Shown here one piece after another: positions 19,851-32,000 of a stretch of 32,000 nucleotides of DNA; the stretch's first letter is position 1; the number at the start of each line of letters is the position of its first letter. Location: positions 303,198 to 335,197 of the forward strand of contig CAWUIB010000002.1 of assembly GCA_963922335.1 (NCBI GenBank). Reading direction: 5' to 3'. This DNA comes from an uncultured Chromatiales bacterium. GTDB taxonomy: Bacteria; Pseudomonadota; Gammaproteobacteria; Steroidobacterales; Woeseiaceae. The position numbers and the translations under genes were made by a program. A model generated the notes under the pieces. That model was given only the letters and a program-made list of their open reading frames with translations, did no database searches and was not told where the DNA came from.

Positions 19851-19916
19851 CTGGTTCGCGGCAAATCTGCTCCGATCTGTGGCCAGAGCTTAGACGTTTG
19901 CTCGCGCGAGCCCGCT

Positions 19917-19944
19917 ATTATAGCCAGCGGGCGTGCTAATACAA
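19917..19944 (-). promoter_or_regulatory. Sigma70-like hexamers TTGTAT-16 nt-TATAAT immediately downstream of the rpsJ stop
   Basis: In minus-strand sense, TTGTAT lies at 19944..19939 and a perfect TATAAT at 19922..19917. The TATAAT sits in the loop of a 7-bp hairpin (19910-19932). This is sequence pattern only. Confidence 0.25.
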
Positions 19945-19947
19945 GAC

Positions 19948-20262
19948 TTAGTTCAACTTGATTTGAACATCGACACCGGCGGGTAGTTCGAGCTTCATCA
20001 GCGCGTCTACGGTCTTGTCCGTCGGATCGACGATGTCCATCAGTCGCTTATGGGTGCGCAACTCATACTGATCACGCGCGTCTTTATTCACGTGCGGTGA
20101 GATCAGAACGGTAAAACGCTCCATCTTGGTCGGCAGAGGTACGGGCCCTTTGACGGTCGCACCGGTGCGCTTCGCGGTATCTACGATCTCACGAGCAGAC
20201 GTGTCGATCAGACGGTGATCAAACGCCTTCAGGCGGATGCGAATGTTCTGGTTAGTAGCCAT
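19948..20262 (-). CDS. rpsJ: 30S ribosomal protein S10 (NusE)
   Basis: 104 aa. Has [31 protein letters not shown] and [31 protein letters not shown]. Confidence 0.98.
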   Translation of the reverse strand: MATNQNIRIRLKAFDHRLIDTSAREIVDTAKRTGATVKGPVPLPTKMERFTVLISPHVNKDARDQYELRTHKRLMDIVDPTDKTVDALMKLELPAGVDVQIKLN

Positions 20263-20485
20263 ATGCCAACTCTCAAATTCTCATGTCGACCAGCGGCGCC
20301 TATCGCCGATGGTGGTGGGAGACGGTTTGCCAAAGCGTTTTCCAGAAGGTGTAGCGCAGGCCGAAGGCCGAGCCACGAGTGGAAAATTGCTTTTGGCGAA
20401 GTGTCTCCTCAGTGCCCCTCGGCGCTGCCCCGCGTGAGTACGCGGAGCAGGGCTTCGGAACTGGTTATCTGTTACTCGCTAATGC
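20263..20485 (-). promoter_or_regulatory. 223-nt tuf-rpsJ untranslated region; candidate S10-operon leader
   Basis: No ORF. It contains a 10-bp hairpin (20425-20450), CUGCUCCGCG-UACUCA-CGCGGGGCAG in minus sense. Its wobble is G.U only on the minus strand. The position is equivalent to the E. coli S10 leader. Confidence 0.35.
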
Positions 20486-21676
<1,191 letters not shown>

Positions 21677-21728
21677 CGACCTATCTCTCCGGTCTGTTGT
21701 TTCGTTTCAAAAAAAGACGTTACGTCCG

Positions 21729-23816
21729 TTATTTCTTCATGACCGTTTCGGCCACGTTCTGCGGAACCTCAGCGTACTTGCCGAATTCCATCGAGTAGCT
21801 CGCACGGCCCTGGCTCATAGAGCGCAGGTCAGTGGCGTAGCCGAACATTTCCGACAACGGCACTTCCGCTTTCAGGATCTTGCCCGCCGGGCCGTCGTCC
21901 ATGCCTTGCGGCAATCCGCGACGACGGTTCAGGTCACCCATGACATCACCGAAGTAGTCTTCAGGGGTCACGACCTCAACGTTCATGATCGGCTCAAGCA
22001 ATACCGGGCTCGCGTTCTTTGCACCTTCCTTGAAGCACATGGAGCCGGCGATCTTGAATGCCATCTCGCTGGAGTCGACGTCATGGTAGGAGCCGTCGTA
22101 CAGCGTGACTTTGCAGTCGACCACGGGGAAGCCGGCGATAACGCCATTTTCCATCTGCTCCTGAACACCCTTGTCCACCGCCGGAATGTACTCACGCGGC
22201 ACAACACCACCCACGATTTCGTTGACGAACTCGTAGCCGGCACCCGCTTCCTGCGGCTCGATGCGAAGGAATACATGACCATACTGACCGCGACCACCGG
22301 ACTGGCGAACAAACTTGCCTTCCTGCTCGATCGCCTTGCGAATCGTTTCGCGGTAGGCAACCTGCGGCTTACCGACGTTGGCCTCGACCTTGAACTCGCG
22401 ACGCATGCGGTCGACGATGATATCGAGGTGAAGCTCGCCCATACCGGAAATAATGGTCTGGCCGGACTCCTCATCGGTGTGTACGCGGAACGACGGATCT
22501 TCTTTCGCCAGCTTCTGCAGCGCGATACCCATCTTCTCCTGGTCGGCCTTTGTCTTCGGCTCAACAGCAACAGCGATCACAGGCTCAGGGAATTCCATGC
22601 GCTCGAGCGTAATCACCGCATCGGTCGCTGACAGCGTGTCACCCGTGGTGACATCCTTCAGGCCCACCGCTGCTGCGATATCGCCCGCACGAACTTCCTT
22701 GATCTCTTCACGGTTGTTCGAGTGCATCTGCAGGATACGACCGATACGCTCTTTCTTGCTCTTCACTGGGTTGAACACGGTATCGCCCGAGTTCAACACG
22801 CCCGAATAGACTCGGAAGAAGGTAAGGTTCCCAACGAACGGGTCAGTCGCAATCTTGAACGCAAGCGCCGCAAACGGTGCATCGTCTTTCGACTCACGAA
22901 TGCCTTCGCTTTCGTCGTCGTTGATGCCCTTGATTGCAGGCACGTCAATCGGCGCGGGCATAAAATCGATGACCGCGTCGAGCATGGCCTGCACGCCCTT
23001 GTTCTTGAACGCGCTGCCGCACATCGTCAGTACGATTTCGTTCGCAAGCGTGCGCTTGCGCAGTGCCCGCTTGATCTCCTCAACAGACAACTCGCCGTCT
23101 TCAAGGAATTTCTCAAGCAGCTCTTCTTCGGCCTCTGCAGCAGCTTCAACCATGTTCTCGCGCCACTCGTTCGCAAGATCAACCATGTCCGCCGGGATTT
23201 CTTTGGCCTCATAGGTCATGCCCATGTTGTCCTCATCCCAGTAGATCGCGCGCATCTCGACGAGGTCGATGATGCCCTTGAAGTTCTCTTCCGCGCCGAT
23301 CGGCAGCTGGATTGGAACCGCCGTCGCACCCAGACGAGACTTGACCTGACCGACGACGCGGAGGTAATCAGCACCCGCACGGTCCATCTTGTTCACGAAG
23401 ATCATGCGCGGCACAGAGTATTTGTTGCCCTGGCGCCATACCGTTTCGGTCTGCGGCTCAACACCACCCACCGAGCACAGAACCGTGACGGCGCCATCGA
23501 GTACACGCAGGGAACGCTCCACTTCAATCGTGAAGTCAACGTGTCCCGGGGTGTCGATGATGTTGATGCGGTGCTGGTCGTACTGCTGATCCATGCCGCT
23601 CCAGAAACAGGTGGTCGCAGCAGACGTGATAGTGATGCCACGCTCCTGCTCCTGCTCCATCCAGTCCATGGTCGCAGCGCCATCGTGCACTTCGCCGATT
23701 TTGTGCGAAACGCCGGTGTAAAAAAGAATGCGTTCGGTTGTCGTCGTCTTGCCCGCATCAATGTGAGCCATGATGCCGATGTTGCGGTAACGATCGATCG
23801 GGGTTGTGCGTGCCAC
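21729..23816 (-). CDS. fusA: Elongation factor G
   Basis: 695 aa. Has [27 protein letters not shown] and NKMDRAGA. Confidence 0.99.
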   Translation of the reverse strand: MARTTPIDRYRNIGIMAHIDAGKTTTTERILFYTGVSHKIGEVHDGAATMDWMEQEQERGITITSAATTCFWSGMDQQYDQHRINIIDTPGHVDFTIEVERSLRVLDGAVTVLCSVGGVEPQTETVWRQGNKYSVPRMIFVNKMDRAGADYLRVVGQVKSRLGATAVPIQLPIGAEENFKGIIDLVEMRAIYWDEDNMGMTYEAKEIPADMVDLANEWRENMVEAAAEAEEELLEKFLEDGELSVEEIKRALRKRTLANEIVLTMCGSAFKNKGVQAMLDAVIDFMPAPIDVPAIKGINDDESEGIRESKDDAPFAALAFKIATDPFVGNLTFFRVYSGVLNSGDTVFNPVKSKKERIGRILQMHSNNREEIKEVRAGDIAAAVGLKDVTTGDTLSATDAVITLERMEFPEPVIAVAVEPKTKADQEKMGIALQKLAKEDPSFRVHTDEESGQTIISGMGELHLDIIVDRMRREFKVEANVGKPQVAYRETIRKAIEQEGKFVRQSGGRGQYGHVFLRIEPQEAGAGYEFVNEIVGGVVPREYIPAVDKGVQEQMENGVIAGFPVVDCKVTLYDGSYHDVDSSEMAFKIAGSMCFKEGAKNASPVLLEPIMNVEVVTPEDYFGDVMGDLNRRRGLPQGMDDGPAGKILKAEVPLSEMFGYATDLRSMSQGRASYSMEFGKYAEVPQNVAETVMKK

Positions 23817-23912
23817 GGTCGGGTCCTTGGTAAAAGAGTCTTTTCGGGTTTGGCCTCAAGCACCGCTTCTCGCAGTGCCGGCCACGAATCTATATTGCGT
23901 CGCTTCTCGGAA

Positions 23913-24476
<564 letters not shown>

Positions 24477-24851
24477 CTAGCCCTTGGGTCGCTTGGCGCC
24501 ATACTTGGAACGGCCTTGGCGGCGGTCGCTGACACCAGCGCAGTCCAGCGTGCCTCGCACCGTGTGGTAGCGAACACCGGGCAGGTCTTTCACACGACCA
24601 CCGCGAATCAGCACAACACTGTGCTCCTGGAGGTTGTGCCCCTCACCACCGATGTAGCTCGTCACTTCGAAGCCGTTGGTCAGACGTACACGAGCCACCT
24701 TACGCATGGCCGAGTTCGGCTTCTTCGGTGTCGTCGTGTAAACGCGCGTGCAGACGCCACGCTTTTGCGGGCTGCCTTCCAACGCAGGAACGTTGCTTTT
24801 TTCCGGCTTGGTCGAACGCGGCTTGCGTACGAGCTGGTTAATCGTGGCCAT
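24477..24851 (-). CDS. rpsL: 30S ribosomal protein S12
   Basis: 124 aa from the ATG at 24851..24849 ([12 protein letters not shown]...). The track's 142-aa version adds 18 non-homologous residues. TTPKKPNSA and [10 protein letters not shown] are wild-type at the streptomycin-resistance lysines. Confidence 0.97.
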   Translation of the reverse strand: MATINQLVRKPRSTKPEKSNVPALEGSPQKRGVCTRVYTTTPKKPNSAMRKVARVRLTNGFEVTSYIGGEGHNLQEHSVVLIRGGRVKDLPGVRYHTVRGTLDCAGVSDRRQGRSKYGAKRPKG

Positions 24852-25043
24852 AGGCCCTGTGTCCTTATAGTTCAGTTTGTCTAAAACAAAAGGGCGTAAA
24901 CGCAAACGCGCACGCCGCCGGGCCTGAGGATTTGCCTCCGGCCAGTATTCGAATCTCTCTGCGCCTTCGCGAGCCCGGCGCCTAAGCTCTCGCCCGGTGA
25001 AAGGCGATCCACCCGTCGTGAAATGTGACGTGTGTGCTAGTGA

Positions 25044-25070
25044 GGGCGGGCATTTTAGGGATGCCCGCCC
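25044..25070 (-). terminator. GC-rich hairpin 27 nt downstream of the rpoC stop (possible rpoBC terminator)
   Basis: A perfect 10-bp stem, GGGCGGGCAT with ATGCCCGCCC, has a 7-nt loop. The minus-strand tail is CUCACUAGC, which is a poor U-tract, so efficiency and mechanism are uncertain. Confidence 0.4.
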
Positions 25071-25096
25071 CCTCGGTCAAGTCAGCGCCGCTGCGC

Positions 25097-29314
<4,218 letters not shown>

Positions 29315-29322
29315 GAGTCACC

Positions 29323-32000
29323 TTACTCCGTTTCGAGTTCGATATTGATGCCGAGAGAACGAATCTCTTTGACGAGTACGTTGAACGACTCGGGCATCCC
29401 CGCCTGCATCTGGTGTGTGCCATCGACGATGTTCTTGTACATCTTGGTACGTCCCTGAACATCATCCGACTTGACCGTGAGCATCTCCTGCAGCGTGTAA
29501 GAGGCACCATAGGCTTCGAGCGCCCAGACCTCCATCTCTCCGAAGCGCTGCCCACCGAACTGGGCTTTACCGCCCAGCGGTTGCTGTGTAACCAGACTGT
29601 ACGGACCGGTTGAGCGTGCATGCATCTTGTCATCGACCAGATGGTTCAGCTTCAGCATGTACATGTAGCCAACGGTCACCGGGCGAAGGAATTCCTCGCC
29701 GGTGCGACCATCGCGCATTTGCGCCTGGCCAGTCTCCGGTAGCTCTGCCAGTTGCAGCATCTTTTTGATCTGCGTCTCTGCAGCGCCATCGAACACCGGT
29801 GTCGCCATCGGCACGCCATGCGACAGATTCTTGGCGAGTTCCACAACTTCCTCATCGCTGAAGCTGTCGATGTCTTCCGCACGACCGCCGGTCGTGTTGT
29901 AGACGTCATGCAGGAATCCACGCAGGTCCTTCATCGCTGCCTGCGCCTTGAGCATACGCTCGATGCGCTGTCCAACACCCTTCGCGGCCCAGCCGAGATG
30001 GGTTTCGAGCACCTGCCCCACGTTCATACGCGACGGCACGCCCAGCGGGTTGAGCACGATGTCGACAGGAGTGCCATCTTCAAGGTAAGGCATGTCCTCG
30101 ACCGGTACGATCGTGGAAATCACCCCTTTGTTACCGTGGCGACCCGCCATCTTATCGCCAGGCTGAATGCGACGTTTCACGGCGAGGTAGACCTTGACCA
30201 TCTTCAGCACGCCAGGCGCCAGATCGTCGCCGACCGTGATCTTGCTCTTCTTGGCCTCGAATCGCGCATCGAACTCTTCGCGCTGCGCCTTGAGGCGCTC
30301 TTGGGCACGCTCGAGCTGCGCATTGGCTTCGTCGTTCTTAAGACCAATGTCGAACCACTTCATCTGATCCAGGCTTTCGAGATAGGTCTTCGTGATCTTG
30401 TCGCCCGATTTCAGGCCTGAAGGGCCACCGGTCGCCTGCTTGCCGACCAGGAGCTTCTGGACTCGATCGAAAATATCGCCTTCGAGGATACGCAACTGGT
30501 CGTCGAGATCCTTGCGTACACTCTCAAGCTCAGCGCGCTCGATTGCCAGTGCACGGCTGTCCTTCTCGACACCGTCGCGCGTGAACACGCGCACGTCGAT
30601 GACTGTGCCGTCCATACCCGGTGGTACGCGCAGCGACGAATCCTTCACGTCAGACGCCTTCTCACCGAAGATCGCACGCAGGAGCTTCTCTTCCGGAGTG
30701 AGCTGGGTCTCACCTTTTGGCGTGACTTTACCGACAAGAATGTCGCCAGCACCAACTTCCGCGCCGATGAAAGCGATGCCCGCTTCATCCAACTTCGCGA
30801 GCGCCGAGTCACCGACGTTCGGAATATCCGCGGTCACTTCCTCCGAGCCAAGTTTGGTATCGCGAGCGACGCAGGTCAGCTCTTCGATATGGATCGTTGT
30901 GAAGCGATCTTCCTTGACCACACGCTCCGAGATCAGAATTGAGTCCTCGAAGTTGTAACCGTTCCATGGCATGAACGCGACCAGCAGGTTTTGGCCGAGC
31001 GCCAGCTCACCCAGGTTGGTCGACGGGCCATCGGCCATCACATCACCGCGCGCAATATGATCGCCGATCTTGACCAGCGGACGCTGGTTGATGCACGTGT
31101 TCTGGTTAGAGCGCGTGTATTTCGTCAGGTTGTAAATGTCTACACCCGGCTCTACGTCGTTGGTCTCGTCGTCGTTGACACGTACCACGATACGCGACGC
31201 GTCCACCGAATCCACGACACCGCCGCGACGAGCGACTACGGTCACACCGGAGTCAACAGCGACCGCGCGCTCCATACCTGTGCCGACCAACGGCGCTTCA
31301 CTACGCAGCGTCGGAACCGCCTGGCGTTGCATGTTCGAACCCATCAGCGCGCGGTTTGCGTCATCGTGCTCGAGGAACGGAATCAGCGAGGCAGCAACCG
31401 ATACGATCTGCTTCGGTGATACGTCCATGAAGTTGACCGCTTCGGGCTGCGCCAACGTGAACTCGTTGCGGTGACGAACCGAAATCAGGTCGTCGACGAA
31501 ATTGTTCTTGCCGTCGACCGCCGCATTCGCCTGAGCGATCACGTACTGGCTTTCTTCAATCGCCGACAGGTACTCAATTTCGTCGGTTACACGGCCGTCG
31601 ACAACCTTGCGATACGGAGTCTCGAGGAATCCGTATTCATTGGTACGCGAGTAGACCGCCAGCGAATTGATCAGACCGATGTTTGGCCCCTCCGGTGTCT
31701 CAATCGGGCAAACACGACCATAGTGCGTCGGGTGCACGTCGCGTACTTCGAAGCCCGCACGCTCACGCGTCAGACCACCCGGCCCGAGCGCGGATACACG
31801 ACGTTTGTGCGTCACCTCGGACAGCGGGTTGTTCTGGTCCATGAACTGCGAGAGCTGGCTCGAGCCAAAGAATTCTTTCACCGCGGCCGCAACCGGCTTC
31901 GCGTTGATCATCTCCTGCGGCATCAGGCCTTCAGCCTCTGCTTGTGTCAGGCGCTCCTTGACGGCGCGTTCGACGCGCACAAGACCGATGCGGAAGGCAT
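29323..32000 (-). CDS. rpoB: DNA-directed RNA polymerase subunit beta, C-terminal ~892 codons (5' end outside the window)
   Basis: The frame stays open to the window edge (...[17 protein letters not shown] aligns with E. coli [16 protein letters not shown]). The track's M at 31980 is an internal GTG. The rifampicin cluster [33 protein letters not shown] (31771-31866) has wild-type D, H and S residues. Confidence 0.98.
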   Translation of the reverse strand, partial: AFRIGLVRVERAVKERLTQAEAEGLMPQEMINAKPVAAAVKEFFGSSQLSQFMDQNNPLSEVTHKRRVSALGPGGLTRERAGFEVRDVHPTHYGRVCPIETPEGPNIGLINSLAVYSRTNEYGFLETPYRKVVDGRVTDEIEYLSAIEESQYVIAQANAAVDGKNNFVDDLISVRHRNEFTLAQPEAVNFMDVSPKQIVSVAASLIPFLEHDDANRALMGSNMQRQAVPTLRSEAPLVGTGMERAVAVDSGVTVVARRGGVVDSVDASRIVVRVNDDETNDVEPGVDIYNLTKYTRSNQNTCINQRPLVKIGDHIARGDVMADGPSTNLGELALGQNLLVAFMPWNGYNFEDSILISERVVKEDRFTTIHIEELTCVARDTKLGSEEVTADIPNVGDSALAKLDEAGIAFIGAEVGAGDILVGKVTPKGETQLTPEEKLLRAIFGEKASDVKDSSLRVPPGMDGTVIDVRVFTRDGVEKDSRALAIERAELESVRKDLDDQLRILEGDIFDRVQKLLVGKQATGGPSGLKSGDKITKTYLESLDQMKWFDIGLKNDEANAQLERAQERLKAQREEFDARFEAKKSKITVGDDLAPGVLKMVKVYLAVKRRIQPGDKMAGRHGNKGVISTIVPVEDMPYLEDGTPVDIVLNPLGVPSRMNVGQVLETHLGWAAKGVGQRIERMLKAQAAMKDLRGFLHDVYNTTGGRAEDIDSFSDEEVVELAKNLSHGVPMATPVFDGAAETQIKKMLQLAELPETGQAQMRDGRTGEEFLRPVTVGYMYMLKLNHLVDDKMHARSTGPYSLVTQQPLGGKAQFGGQRFGEMEVWALEAYGASYTLQEMLTVKSDDVQGRTKMYKNIVDGTHQMQAGMPESFNVLVKEIRSLGINIELETE

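Noticed and set aside
19685-19860. GGTTCG motifs (19685 and 19853) as possible tRNA T-arms in the spacer
   Set aside because: The surrounding sequence does not give a T-loop consensus (GTTCRANYC), an acceptor stem or an anticodon arm.
19375-19893. ORFs covering the rpsJ-rplC spacer (84 aa minus at 19567..19821; 172 aa plus at 19375..19893; a 33-aa ATG ORF from 19727)
   Set aside because: They have no SD and use rare codons (AGG, AGA, CGA, GTA) relative to their neighbours. Their Arg/Ala/Trp-rich sequences have no motifs. The plus-strand ORF is largely antisense to rplC. A conserved small protein cannot be fully excluded without comparative data.
24852-24905. 18-codon extension of rpsL ([18 protein letters not shown]-)
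   Set aside because: S12 universally begins MATINQL/MPTINQL. An AAGGA SD precedes the ATG at 24851.
31771-31866. Checked rpoB cluster I, rpsL K42/K87 and the rplD loop for resistance substitutions
   Set aside because: All residues match the susceptible wild-type motifs ([52 protein letters not shown]), so there is nothing to report.

Overview
Moderately high-GC sequence with gene content and order typical of a non-enteric gammaproteobacterium; I cannot assign a species from sequence alone. About 26 of the 32 kb (6.2-32 kb, all on the minus strand) is the conserved transcription/translation super-cluster. Its order is rpoB (5'-truncated by the window edge)-rpoC, rpsL-rpsG-fusA-tuf, rpsJ-rplC-rplD-rplW-rplB-rpsS-rplV-rpsC-rplP-rpmC-rpsQ, rplN-rplX-rplE-rpsN-rpsH-rplF-rplR-rpsE-rpmD-rplO-secY-rpmJ, then rpsM-rpsK-rpsD-rpoA-rplQ. 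All of these genes look intact and canonical, and the rifampicin (rpoB), streptomycin (rpsL) and macrolide (rplD) target motifs are wild-type. The first 6.2 kb is a small variable flank. It holds a partial PCD-like gene, a DUF3291 gene, a secreted DUF3015-like protein, and a large secreted DUF4105 protein with a beta-rich C-terminal domain. It also holds a classical SDR oxidoreductase, a lysine-rich AlgP/histone-H1-like protein and an orphan cytoplasmic PAS-PAS histidine kinase. I found no tRNA or rRNA genes, CRISPR arrays, IS elements, integrases or phage genes. I do not see a convincing novel multi-gene system. The most unusual feature is a 385-bp structured non-coding island between rpsJ and rplC. 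Together with a 223-bp tuf-rpsJ leader, it isolates rpsJ (S10/NusE) inside an otherwise tightly packed operon and carries a terminator-like hairpin with strand-specific G.U pairing. The second is the uncharacterised envelope gene pair DUF3015 plus DUF4105/beta-rich C-terminus. Family assignments rest on remembered consensus motifs and need HMM confirmation.
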